Assembly: GCA_003552465.1 (NCBI GenBank)
Contig: PULQ01000060.1
Coordinates: 108-64,107, forward strand
Length of the DNA stretch: 64,000 bases
Direction: 5' to 3'
DNA from: Dehalococcoidia bacterium
GTDB lineage: Bacteria > Chloroflexota > Dehalococcoidia > GIF9 > AB-539-J10
Shown here: one piece after another, positions 7,894 to 17,384 of the stretch
Layout of the letters: each line of letters starts with the position of its first letter
Numbering within the stretch: position 1 is the first letter of the stretch
Notes under the pieces: model-generated
Seen by the model: the letters and a program-made list of their open reading frames with translations, nothing else
The model's database searches: none
Told to the model about the DNA's origin: nothing
Program-made: the position numbers and the translations under genes

Positions 7894-8448
7894 TTACAAT
7901 GTCAGTGTTCGCTTGAGGTCGTCGAACCGGGGGGAGAAGGCGTCGATGAGCCGTTGCCGGGCCGCCTGCCAGTCTTCTGAGGTCTCGATGTTAATGCCTG
8001 CCACCGCTGTCCCTGAGATCCTCAACCGGTGCAGGGTCTCCATGTAGCCGCTTTCTACGTCCTGTCTGGCCTTTCGCTCCGCCTCTTGATACTCGTGCAG
8101 CAGCTTCCGTGCCTCATCTACCCCGGTCTCCAGTTCAGGGGCGAGCCTGCTTATGCCCTCGATCGCTGTCGTCACCCGATCGATGCTCCCGACGGCTGCC
8201 GGTTCGACAACCTGCACCAGGTGCTGGATGATCGACTCCCTGACCATGGCCGTGTCCTCCTCACCATGCTTACCGAGTTCTGAAGCCAGGTCCGTCTTCT
8301 CAGAGCCGTCGAGCCATCTGCCGGCGAGGACCTGGCCGACCTGGTGGCATCTCTGTCTCTGTTGCTCCTTCTGCTCCTCGGCGGACAGATCGCCCAGTCT
8401 GCCCGCCCTCTCTTGAGCGATCTCCCACGCGCTCTTCAATTCGTCCAT
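7894..8448 (-). CDS. Hypothetical helical protein
   Basis: 184-aa ORF with coding-like composition, divergent from alaS. Confidence 0.75.
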   Translation of the reverse strand: MDELKSAWEIAQERAGRLGDLSAEEQKEQQRQRCHQVGQVLAGRWLDGSEKTDLASELGKHGEEDTAMVRESIIQHLVQVVEPAAVGSIDRVTTAIEGISRLAPELETGVDEARKLLHEYQEAERKARQDVESGYMETLHRLRISGTAVAGINIETSEDWQAARQRLIDAFSPRFDDLKRTLTL

Positions 8449-8523
8449 ATTCGCCTGGTGTTTGATGTACAGTTTCTAGCACGCGTCGCTCACGATAGTC
8501 AAACCTCCGGCGGGTTACTGCGA

Positions 8524-8552
8524 TTGACATTGACACTGCCACCTTCTAAAAT
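8524..8552 (+). promoter_or_regulatory. Sigma70 promoter of the alaS operon
   Basis: TTGACA-17nt-TAAAAT, 18 nt before the GTG start. Confidence 0.65.
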
Positions 8553-8570
8553 CAAGCAGGTGATCGATCG

Positions 8571-11231
8571 GTGACCGCTGACCAACTAAGGCAGGCGTTT
8601 CTCAGGTTCTTTGAGGAAAGGGAACACAGGGTCATCCCCAGTTCATCCCTGGTGCCTCACAAGGATCCTACTCTGCTGTTGACCTCCGCGGGCATGGTGC
8701 AGATCAAGCCTTACTACCTGGGACTGGAGACTCCGCCCGCACAGCGCATGGCCTCCTCCCAGAAGTGCTTCCGCACGACGGACATAGACCTGGTCGGTGA
8801 CAGCAAGCACTTCACCTTCTTCGAGATGCTGGGCAACTTTAGCGTTGCCGACTACTTCAAGAAGGAGACCATCTCGTGGGCCTGGGAGTTCGTTATCGAG
8901 CACCTGAAGCTGTCCAGGGAGCGTCTCTGGATCACCATCTACCTCGACGATGAGGCAGCCTTCGCTTACTGGAGGGGGATAGGCATACCTGCCGATAGGA
9001 TACTGCGATTTGGAGAAGAGGACAACTTCTGGGGTCCCGTGGGAGACTCGGGTCCCTGCGGCCCGTGCAGCGAGATCCACTACGATATGGGAGAGCAGTT
9101 CGGCTGCGGAAAACCAGACTGCAAGCCCAGCTGCGATTGCGGGCGCTTCTGCGAGATCTGGAACCTGGTGTTCACCGAGTTCAACCAGGCCCCGGACGGA
9201 AAACGAACTCCTCTGCCCGAGAAGCATATCGACACCGGGATGGGGTTGGAGAGAACCCTGGCGGTCCTCCAGGGTAAGCCGACGCCATATGAGACGGACC
9301 TGTTTGCCCCTCTGATCGGGGAGGTCTGCCGCCTGTCCGGCAGGGAATACGGCCGCGATGAAGAGATGGATCGCGCGATCAGGATTGTGACCGACCATTC
9401 ACGCGGGATCGCCTTTCTTGTTGCCGACGGCGTGATGCCCTCGAGCGAGGGGAGGGGATATATCCTGCGGCGCATCATCAGGCGCGCCTCGCTCTTCGGG
9501 AGAAAGCTGGGGCTGACTGAGCCGTTCCTCATCGATACGGCTGGAGCGGTGATCGACGCCTTCAGTCATGTGTATCCTGAACTCTCCACCAATCAAGGTC
9601 TGATCCGCGACGTGATCATGGCCGAGGAGGAGAGGTTCATCGCAACCCTGGACAGCGGCCTTGGCCTGGTGGAGAAGGCCGTGGCCGGGGCCTTGCAGCA
9701 GGGCAGGAAGGAACTGACGGACGGAGAGGCCTTCAGGCTTCAGGATACCCACGGCATTCCCGCCGATGTGACGGCAGAGATCGCGGCGGAGAAGGGCCTG
9801 TCGGTGGACTGGGAAGGGTTCGAGGCTGAGATGGAGAAGCACAGGGAGAAGGCGAGGGCCAAGGCCAACCTCAGAACCAAAGAGTCTCTCGCAGGTAAGT
9901 CGATCACTCATACTCGGGCATCGCTGGAACTTGCCAAAGATGCAGGAAGAACAGAGTTCGTAGGGTATGAGAGGATATCCGGGCGAGCCAGGTTGGTGGG
10001 GCTTACGGCCAACGATGAGAAGGCGGAGGGTGCGGTTCAAGGAGAGGAGGTCTGTATCGTCCTCGATGAGACTCCCTTCTACGGTGAGATGGGAGGACAG
10101 GTCGGGGACTGCGGTGAGATCGGCGGCCCCGAGGGTAAGATCACCGTCAGCAATACGCTGATGGCCCCATCGGGCGTGATAGTACACGTCGGGAAGGTAA
10201 GTCAAGGGATCATATCCGTTGGAGATCAGGTTGAGGCGATGATCGACGCCGAGCGCCGGCTGGATATCGCTCGCAACCATACGGCCACCCACCTGCTCCA
10301 GACGGCCCTCAGGAAGACGCTGGGCAGCAGCGTCCGCCAGAAGGGCTCTCTGGTGGAGCCGGAGCGGCTCCGGTTCGACTTCGCCCACATGGGCTCCGTG
10401 ACCGAGGAACAGCTCAACGACATCCAGAGGCAGGTGAATGAACTGATACGCCAGAACCTGAAGGTCGAGGCGATCTTCCTTCCTCATGATCAGGCCATTG
10501 CCGAAGGCGCAATCGCGCTTTTCGAGGAGAAGTACGGGGAAGACGTCCGCGTACTGCAGATCGGAGAGCCAACGATAAGCAAGGAACTCTGTGGCGGCAC
10601 TCATGTAGGGTCGACCGGGGAGATCGGGTTGTTCCTGATAACGGCTGAGAGCAGTATAGGGGTGGGGCTTCACCGCATTGAGGCGGTGACCGGGAGAGGA
10701 TCTGAATCGCTGGTCGAGTCTCGACTGGCTGAACTGAAGAGCATAGCCGGTGCGGTAGAGGGCTCACTGGATGAAGCACCCGGCAAGGTAAAGGCGCTTG
10801 TCGAAGAACTGGACACGGAGCGAAAGAGGGCGCTGTCGCTTGAGAGAGAGCTATCAAGGAGAGTTGCCGACGATCTGTCCGGGCGGGCAGAGCAGGTGGA
10901 TGGAGTCACGGTCCTGGCGGCCAGGGTGCCGACCATGGCCATGCCTGTCCTCAGGCAGATGGGCGACATGCTGAAGGACAGGCTCAAGAGCGCCGTGGTC
11001 GTCCTGGCCATGGTCCACAACGGCAAGCCCAGCTTCCTTGCTATGGTGACGCCCGACCTTGCGGCCAGAGGTTTTCACGCGGGCGATATCGTCAACCAGG
11101 TCGCGAAAGCCACGGGTGGCGGAGGTGGAGGAAAGGCGGCCATGGCCCAGGCGGGAGGCAAGGAGGCGGGCAGGATAGATGAGGCGCTCAGGCTGGTGAA
11201 GGGCATCGTCGCGGCCCGGGCTTCGGAGTAG
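8571..11231 (+). CDS. alaS: Alanine--tRNA ligase
   Basis: DPTLLLTSAGM, HFTFFEMLGNFS, DTGMGLER, editing motifs NHTATH and ELCGGTH, C-terminal GGGGG. Confidence 0.98.
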   Translation: MTADQLRQAFLRFFEEREHRVIPSSSLVPHKDPTLLLTSAGMVQIKPYYLGLETPPAQRMASSQKCFRTTDIDLVGDSKHFTFFEMLGNFSVADYFKKETISWAWEFVIEHLKLSRERLWITIYLDDEAAFAYWRGIGIPADRILRFGEEDNFWGPVGDSGPCGPCSEIHYDMGEQFGCGKPDCKPSCDCGRFCEIWNLVFTEFNQAPDGKRTPLPEKHIDTGMGLERTLAVLQGKPTPYETDLFAPLIGEVCRLSGREYGRDEEMDRAIRIVTDHSRGIAFLVADGVMPSSEGRGYILRRIIRRASLFGRKLGLTEPFLIDTAGAVIDAFSHVYPELSTNQGLIRDVIMAEEERFIATLDSGLGLVEKAVAGALQQGRKELTDGEAFRLQDTHGIPADVTAEIAAEKGLSVDWEGFEAEMEKHREKARAKANLRTKESLAGKSITHTRASLELAKDAGRTEFVGYERISGRARLVGLTANDEKAEGAVQGEEVCIVLDETPFYGEMGGQVGDCGEIGGPEGKITVSNTLMAPSGVIVHVGKVSQGIISVGDQVEAMIDAERRLDIARNHTATHLLQTALRKTLGSSVRQKGSLVEPERLRFDFAHMGSVTEEQLNDIQRQVNELIRQNLKVEAIFLPHDQAIAEGAIALFEEKYGEDVRVLQIGEPTISKELCGGTHVGSTGEIGLFLITAESSIGVGLHRIEAVTGRGSESLVESRLAELKSIAGAVEGSLDEAPGKVKALVEELDTERKRALSLERELSRRVADDLSGRAEQVDGVTVLAARVPTMAMPVLRQMGDMLKDRLKSAVVVLAMVHNGKPSFLAMVTPDLAARGFHAGDIVNQVAKATGGGGGGKAAMAQAGGKEAGRIDEALRLVKGIVAARASE

Positions 11232-11391
11232 ACTACTGTCCGGTATGGCCCTCAGTTGCTATGAACGACAGACCGTCATCCTGATACGGAGCCAGTTGAC
11301 GTGAAAGATGTGGCACGGTTGCTGCCCCGATTCCGTGGGAGTGGGCAGGGAAGCGGAGAGAATCGGGCGAATGTGATCGAGGAGAGTAAGA

Positions 11392-11901
11392 GTGCGTAGC
11401 TTAGGGCTCGATGTTGGAGACAGGAGAACCGGTGTTGCCATCAGCGATTCCGAGGGGATCCTGGCGACGCCTCTGACTGTGCTTGAGAGCCTGAACGAAG
11501 ACGCTCTTGTAGATTCTGTTCTCAAACTTGTCGGGCAACACCGTGTGGAGCGAATCGTGGTCGGCCTGCCCCGACACATGGACGGACAGCTTGGCAGGCA
11601 GGCCGGCAAGGTGACAGCATTCGTCGACAGGCTGCGATTGAGGGGCTCCGAGATGGCGATTGAAGGGCACCTCAGCGCTTTCGACATACAACTGTGGGAC
11701 GAGCGGCTCTCGACGCAGACCGCCGAGCGGCTGAGGACCGAGGCCCGCAGCAAGGGGCAGAAGCTGCGCTCTATGGCCAAGAAGGGGGCCAGACACCATA
11801 GCTTCAGAGCCAGGTCCGGGGTGGACGCCATGGCGGCGGCTCTGATCCTGCAGGGCTATCTTGATAGTCTTAAGGGGAGCGAGGAATGGCCAGACGAATA
11901 G
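11392..11901 (+). CDS. ruvX: RuvX/YqgF pre-16S rRNA nuclease
   Basis: LGLDVGDRRTGVAISD, WDERLST, VDAMAAALILQGYL. Confidence 0.95.
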   Translation: MRSLGLDVGDRRTGVAISDSEGILATPLTVLESLNEDALVDSVLKLVGQHRVERIVVGLPRHMDGQLGRQAGKVTAFVDRLRLRGSEMAIEGHLSAFDIQLWDERLSTQTAERLRTEARSKGQKLRSMAKKGARHHSFRARSGVDAMAAALILQGYLDSLKGSEEWPDE

Positions 11902-12761
11902 GGCTCATAGGCTATCCGATCAAGCACTCCATTTCGCCTCGGTTCCAGCAGGCGGCCCTGGATCATCACAGACTCGATATTCGCTATGAACTGTGGGAGA
12001 CGGAACCGGCCCGGCTGCGTTCTGTGGTCGATGACCTGAGAAAGACGGAGAACGTCGGAGCCAATGTGACCGTGCCTCACAAGGAAGCAGTACTGCCGAT
12101 GCTGGACAGGGTCGACGAGCTGGTTGCTGCGGTTGGCGCGGTAAACACCATAGTAAAGGAAGGCGATGATCTGGTGGGGTATAACACCGACGTCTATGGC
12201 TTTCTCGAGGCGTTGAACAGGGTGAAACGTTTCGACCCGGCGGGAAAGCGTGTGGTAGTGCTCGGCGCGGGCGGAGCGGCCAGGGCGGTCGGCGCTGCCC
12301 TCGTGCAGAGGAAGGCTGCATCACTGGCCATCACCGATGGAGTATTCGGGCGGGCAGAAGAGCTGGCGGCACACCTGGTCCACTATGCCGAAACGACGCT
12401 GGATGGCGTAGATGGGTCGGGAACAGACGTTACTGCCTTCCCCTGGCAACGGGTGGCGTCGGCGGAGACCTTCGACGACCGCAACCTGATAGTTCACTGC
12501 ACTACCATAGGAATGAAGCATAGTGAACAGGAAGGGCAATCGCCTCTTAGCCCGGAGGTTATTCCGGCCGATGCCCTGGTCTATGATCTCGTGTACAACC
12601 CCCGGTCTACTCCCCTGCTGGAGATGGCACAGCAGGCGGGAGCGGATACACTCGGCGGCCTGCCTATGTTAGTATATCAGGGGGCAGCCTCCTTTCGGTT
12701 GTGGACGGGCATTGTGGCGCCGGTTGAGGTAATGCTGAAGAAGGCTGAAGAGGAGCTCTAA
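11886..12761 (+). CDS. aroE: Shikimate dehydrogenase
   Basis: HSISP, NVTVPHK, GAVNT, NTD, GAGGAARA, DLVYNP. Confidence 0.96.
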   Translation: MARRIGLIGYPIKHSISPRFQQAALDHHRLDIRYELWETEPARLRSVVDDLRKTENVGANVTVPHKEAVLPMLDRVDELVAAVGAVNTIVKEGDDLVGYNTDVYGFLEALNRVKRFDPAGKRVVVLGAGGAARAVGAALVQRKAASLAITDGVFGRAEELAAHLVHYAETTLDGVDGSGTDVTAFPWQRVASAETFDDRNLIVHCTTIGMKHSEQEGQSPLSPEVIPADALVYDLVYNPRSTPLLEMAQQAGADTLGGLPMLVYQGAASFRLWTGIVAPVEVMLKKAEEEL

Positions 12762-12772
12762 GGGACAGAGGG

Positions 12773-13702
12773 ATGCGAAGTAAGAAGGCGATCATCATCA
12801 GTCTGAGCATCGTCCTGGTCGTGGTGATACTGGTTCTGATCATGGTTGGTCCACTGGCACGACGGCCGGCGGACAGGATCGCGGTTGTTTCTCTGAGCGG
12901 CACCATCACTTTCCAGGGGGCCTCGCTGTTCTCCGGCGCGGTTATCACGCCGGACCTGGTGAGATCATATCTGAGAAGAGCCGGGGCAGACCCGGCGGTG
13001 AGGGCGATCGTCATCCGTGTTAACAGCCCGGGCGGAACGGTTACGGCGTGCCAGGAGATCCTCGAGGAGATAGAAAGGGCCAGTGAGAAGGTCCCGGTCG
13101 TCGTGGTGATGGAAAATATGGCTGCCTCGGGTGGATACTACATCTCGATGGGAGCCGACCGGATCGTTGCCTCACCGGTGGCAACGACCGGCAGCATTGG
13201 AGTTATCAGCCAGGTCGTGAATGTGGAGGGGCTCTACGAGAGGCTGGGCGTCAGAGTTGAGACATTCAAGGGAGGCCGGTACAAGGACATGTACTCGGGG
13301 CTCAGGGAGTTGACTCAGGAGGAAGAGGAGATAATGCAGGGAATGGTCGATGAGTATTATGAGCACTTCGTTGGGGTTGTGGCTGCCGGGAGGGGGTTGA
13401 GCATAGAGGAGGCCAGGGAACTGGCGACCGGGCAGCTGTATACCGGCGCCGAGGCTTACCGGCTCGGCCTTGTTGACAAACTGGGCGGACTGGACACGGC
13501 CCTGGACGTGGCGCTCGAGCTGGCAGACCTGGAATTCGCACGGGTTGAGTACTACCGTCCGCCCAGGCGGTCGGTGTGGTCGTTACTGGGGTTTGGCGAT
13601 GCTCTGCGGATGAGGTTGTCGGGGTTCAGTGCGGAGGACATAATGCTGTTGGAGATCTTGAGCCAGAACTATCCTCAACCCAGTTTTCTGTACCAGGGCT
13701 AA
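12773..13702 (+). CDS. sppA: Signal peptide peptidase SppA (short form)
   Basis: RVNSPGG, AASGGYYI, GSIGV, N-terminal TM. Confidence 0.93.
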   Translation: MRSKKAIIISLSIVLVVVILVLIMVGPLARRPADRIAVVSLSGTITFQGASLFSGAVITPDLVRSYLRRAGADPAVRAIVIRVNSPGGTVTACQEILEEIERASEKVPVVVVMENMAASGGYYISMGADRIVASPVATTGSIGVISQVVNVEGLYERLGVRVETFKGGRYKDMYSGLRELTQEEEEIMQGMVDEYYEHFVGVVAAGRGLSIEEARELATGQLYTGAEAYRLGLVDKLGGLDTALDVALELADLEFARVEYYRPPRRSVWSLLGFGDALRMRLSGFSAEDIMLLEILSQNYPQPSFLYQG

Positions 13703-14886
13703 TGGGGCGATTTCGTTTTCTTACCGCAGGCGAGTCCCACGGAAGGGGATTGGTGGCCATCGTCGAAGGAATGGTGGCCGGCCTTCCGCTGGAAGAGGAC
13801 TATATCAACGGGCAACTCAAGCGCCGCCAGCAGGGCTACGGGCGCGGCCCCCGCATGAAGATCGAAGAGGACCGTGCCGAGATCATCTCCGGCGTTCGTT
13901 ACGGACGGTCAACAGGCAGCCCCATCTCTCTGCTCATCATAAATCGCGATTGGGAGAACTGGCGTCAGCAGATGAGCGTTGCGCCTGTTCATGAGGAGGC
14001 AGAGCCTGTAACCCGTCCCCGCCCGGGACATGCCGACCTTGCCGGCCTGAACAAATACGGACTCGAAGATGTAAGGCCCATCATCGAAAGGGCGAGCGCA
14101 CGGGAGACGGCGGCAAGGGTTGCGGTCGGCGCTGTGGCCAGGAGGTTTATCGAGGAGTTTGGCATTGCCGTCAATAGCCGCACAATGGCGATCGGAGATG
14201 TCGGTGAAGTATCTCGTCTCTGTCAGGACAAGCTTTGTGATGAACTGCCGGTGGACTGGGGTCGGGTGGAGTCGTCGCCGGTTCGCTGTGCCGATGCGGT
14301 GATGGAACAGGCGATGATGACGGCCATCGATGACGCGAAAGCCGGGAGAGACACGCTGGGTGGCGTTGTCGAGGTCATCGCTGCCGGAGTCCCGGTGGGC
14401 CTGGGCAGCCACGTTAGCTGGGACCGCCGCCTTGACGGTAGAGTGGCCGGTGCGATAATGAGCATAAACGCCGTTAAGGGAGTGGAGATCGGTGCCGGAT
14501 TCGGCCTGGCGCAGGTCAGGGGTTCTGAGGCCCATGATGTTATCGAACCCGCTGCCGGTGGGTCACTACCATGGCGACACGCTACCAATCGTGCCGGCGG
14601 TATCGAGGGCGGCATGAGCAACGGCGAGAGCATCGTGATACGGGCAGCGGCCAAGCCCGTTGCCACCCTGGCCGGGCCCCTGCCTTCGATGGACCTTCGA
14701 ACCGGCGAGGCAACGGAGGCCCACTACGAGCGTAGCGACGTCTGTGTGGTGCCGGCCGTCGGGGTAATCGCAGAGGCTATGCTGTGCATTGTTCTGGCAG
14801 ACGCGTGTCTGGAGAAATTCGGCGGCGATAACCTGAAGGAGACGCTGGCCAACCATCGCAACTATATGAACTCCATAGCCCGGTAG
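13702..14886 (+). CDS. aroC: Chorismate synthase
   Basis: FLTAGESHG, RPGHADL, ERASARET, GGIEGGMSNG; ATG overlaps the sppA TAA. Confidence 0.97.
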   Translation: MGRFRFLTAGESHGRGLVAIVEGMVAGLPLEEDYINGQLKRRQQGYGRGPRMKIEEDRAEIISGVRYGRSTGSPISLLIINRDWENWRQQMSVAPVHEEAEPVTRPRPGHADLAGLNKYGLEDVRPIIERASARETAARVAVGAVARRFIEEFGIAVNSRTMAIGDVGEVSRLCQDKLCDELPVDWGRVESSPVRCADAVMEQAMMTAIDDAKAGRDTLGGVVEVIAAGVPVGLGSHVSWDRRLDGRVAGAIMSINAVKGVEIGAGFGLAQVRGSEAHDVIEPAAGGSLPWRHATNRAGGIEGGMSNGESIVIRAAAKPVATLAGPLPSMDLRTGEATEAHYERSDVCVVPAVGVIAEAMLCIVLADACLEKFGGDNLKETLANHRNYMNSIAR

Positions 14887-14970
14887 GTGGGGTTCTGGTC
14901 AGCAGAGCTCCGCATGGAGCAGAGGCTACAAGATCAGCCAACCGGTGCCAACCGCCTTGGTGCCGGGCAG

Positions 14971-15597
14971 CTACTGAAGGAAGGGGTTGCCTGTTCGTTC
15001 GTCGCCGATCGTGGTGGGCGGTCCGTGCCCGGGGTAGACGACGGTGTCATCGGGCAGAACCATCAGCTTCTCCTGGATACTGCCAAGCAGGCGTTCGTGG
15101 CTGCAGCCGGGAAAGTCGGTCCGGCCGATACCGGAGTTGACCAGGGTGTCGCCGGCGAAGACCATCCCGTGCCCCAGGAGACAGATGCCACCCGAGCTGT
15201 GGCCGGGTGTGAGAAGGACCTCGAAGTGAAGGTCGTCGATGTCTATGCGGTCGCCGTCTTTCAGCACCAAATCGGGCTCAGGGGGCGATTTCACCGGGGA
15301 AAGACCCAGATTGGTGAGCATGCGAACCGGACTGGCGAAGACAATCCCCTTCTCTGCCTCGTGAAGCGCAAACCGCGCGCCGGTGCGCTCCTTGACATCG
15401 CGAACTGCGCCCACGTGGTCGATGTGAGCATGGGTTATCACGATCAACGTGATGGACAGCTCCATCTGCTGTACCCTACGTAGAATGCTGGCCGCCTCGG
15501 CGCCGGGGTCGATTATCATCCCGTTCTTGGTTGATGAAGAGCCGACGATATAGCAGTTGGCGGCGAACGAGCCCACTACCAGTCTGTCTAAGATCAT
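14971..15597 (-). CDS. MBL-fold metallo-hydrolase (glyoxalase II-like)
   Basis: THAHIDH, TPGHS, GDT, PGHGP motifs. Confidence 0.92.
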   Translation of the reverse strand: MILDRLVVGSFAANCYIVGSSSTKNGMIIDPGAEAASILRRVQQMELSITLIVITHAHIDHVGAVRDVKERTGARFALHEAEKGIVFASPVRMLTNLGLSPVKSPPEPDLVLKDGDRIDIDDLHFEVLLTPGHSSGGICLLGHGMVFAGDTLVNSGIGRTDFPGCSHERLLGSIQEKLMVLPDDTVVYPGHGPPTTIGDERTGNPFLQ

Positions 15598-15779
15598 CAA
15601 TGACCCTGCCGGAATACTGCTGCCGAATCCGCAGAATGGTAGCACAATCTGTGTTCTCAGAACACCGTCCTGACACGATTCAGTGAGGTCATCGGGCAGA
15701 GAAGCCCGAGGGATTCGGCTCGCCCCATCTGTGACGGAGATTGCATATTCGGCTGTTTTCCGCTATAACTGTCATCTTG

Positions 15780-16517
15780 ATGGCCGTCCTGTGCGTAACG
15801 GATCTCACCAAGCACTACAATAGCTTCACAGCCGTAGATCGCATTTCCTTCGAGGTCAGGGAGGGCGAGATAGTTAGCCTCCTGGGACCAAACGGAGCGG
15901 GGAAGACCACTACCATTCAGATGCTGCTCTCACTTGTATCTCCCAGCAGCGGCGAGATACAGGTCTTCGGCAAGAACCTGAAGTATCATCGTGAGGAACT
16001 GCTGTCAATGATGAACTTCAGCGCTCCTTATTCGCTATTGCCCTACAATCTCACCCCGCGGGAGGGGCTGAAGGTGTTCTCAATGCTCTATGGAGTGAGA
16101 GACCACAATGAGAGGGCGAACGCTCTTCTCGAGGAGTTTAACCTCATGGAACTGGCCGGCAGAAAGATCGGGCAGCTCTCGACCGGTGAGCAGATGCGTC
16201 TCTGCGTTGCCAAGGCGTTTGTGAACACCCCCAGACTTCTTCTGCTCGACGAGCCGACTTCTTCTCTCGATCCTCCGACCGCCAGACAGCTAAGGGCGAG
16301 GATCCTGAGACTGATCCGGGACTCGAACGGTGCTGTGCTCTGGACCTCCCACAACATGCGGGAGGTGGAGACCGTGTCGGACCGGATCATCTTCCTCTCC
16401 CGGGGGCGGATCGTGGCCGATGATACTCCCGGCAATCTCAAACGCAGGTTCGGAGAGGATGACCTGGAGGAGATCTTCATCACCATTGCCAGGGAGCCGA
16501 TCAGGGAGCCGCCGTGA
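15780..16517 (+). CDS. ABC transporter ATP-binding protein
   Basis: GPNGAGKTT, LSTGE, LLLDEPT, SH motif. Confidence 0.93.
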   Translation: MAVLCVTDLTKHYNSFTAVDRISFEVREGEIVSLLGPNGAGKTTTIQMLLSLVSPSSGEIQVFGKNLKYHREELLSMMNFSAPYSLLPYNLTPREGLKVFSMLYGVRDHNERANALLEEFNLMELAGRKIGQLSTGEQMRLCVAKAFVNTPRLLLLDEPTSSLDPPTARQLRARILRLIRDSNGAVLWTSHNMREVETVSDRIIFLSRGRIVADDTPGNLKRRFGEDDLEEIFITIAREPIREPP

Positions 16518-17314
16518 ACCGCCTGCACATACTGGGCCTGTTCTACCGCAACATAATCCTCATTCGACGCAGCGGACCGAAGCTCTTCGGGCTGTTCGGC
16601 TTTGTTACCGTCGCTCTGCTGCTCTGGGGATTCCTCACCCTGTGGTTACAGGACCTCGCTCCGGGGGAGGCCGTGCCCGACTTCATCATACTCATCCTCA
16701 GCGCCTTCATCTTCTGGTCGCTTTTCGATCTCTCGCAGCGGTCCTTCGGCATCTCATTCCTTGAAGAGGTGTGGTCGAGGAACGTCATCAACCTGTTCGC
16801 CGCTCCGGTGAAGCTGAGCGAGATGGTGCTGGGATTCGTCATGGTGGGCGTTGCCCAGGCCTTTCTCGCCTTCTTCTACGTTACGACGCTAGCCTTCCTC
16901 CTCTATGCTCTTAACATCTGGACCCTCGGGTTCTATATCATACCGTTCTTCGTGAATATCCTTGTATTCGGCTGGGCGCTGGGTGTCGTAACCATCGGAC
17001 TGGTCGTTCGCTTCGGGCCGTCGGCAGACATCCTGGCGTTCTTTATACCGTTCCTGCTGTTGCCGTTTTCGGCAGTCTACTATCCTATATCCGTGTACCC
17101 TCCTGTCCTGCAGACGATAACCTTTGCCCTTCCCACGCGGCACATGTTCGAGGGCATGCGCACCGCCATAAGCGAGGGGATGATCCCCTGGCAGGAGGTC
17201 CTGTGGGCCACGGTTCTCAACGTGGTCTTCGTGGTCCTGGCCTTTCTCTTCCTGTACTGGATGCTTCATCTGGCCAGAACCAGGGGGTATCTCAGCCGCC
17301 TCGTCCATGACTGA
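16514..17314 (+). CDS. ABC-2 type permease
   Basis: About six TM segments, EExWSRN and SAVYYP motifs; start overlaps the ATPase stop. Confidence 0.9.
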   Translation: MNRLHILGLFYRNIILIRRSGPKLFGLFGFVTVALLLWGFLTLWLQDLAPGEAVPDFIILILSAFIFWSLFDLSQRSFGISFLEEVWSRNVINLFAAPVKLSEMVLGFVMVGVAQAFLAFFYVTTLAFLLYALNIWTLGFYIIPFFVNILVFGWALGVVTIGLVVRFGPSADILAFFIPFLLLPFSAVYYPISVYPPVLQTITFALPTRHMFEGMRTAISEGMIPWQEVLWATVLNVVFVVLAFLFLYWMLHLARTRGYLSRLVHD

Positions 17315-17384
17315 CTAGTCCGTTCTGTGCGAAACCTGTTGCTCAGGTCCTTCATTTTCAATATACTGACCTGGACGAACTGAT

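Noticed and set aside
8449..8570. T-box leaders before alaS (also aspS and ileS)
   Set aside because: Leaders are too short (alaS promoter 18 nt from the start, ileS 2 nt after jag) and no T-box motif was seen
12773..17314. sppA, MBL hydrolase and ABC-2 pair interrupting the aro genes as a novel pathway
   Set aside because: All are common families with no sequence evidence of functional linkage
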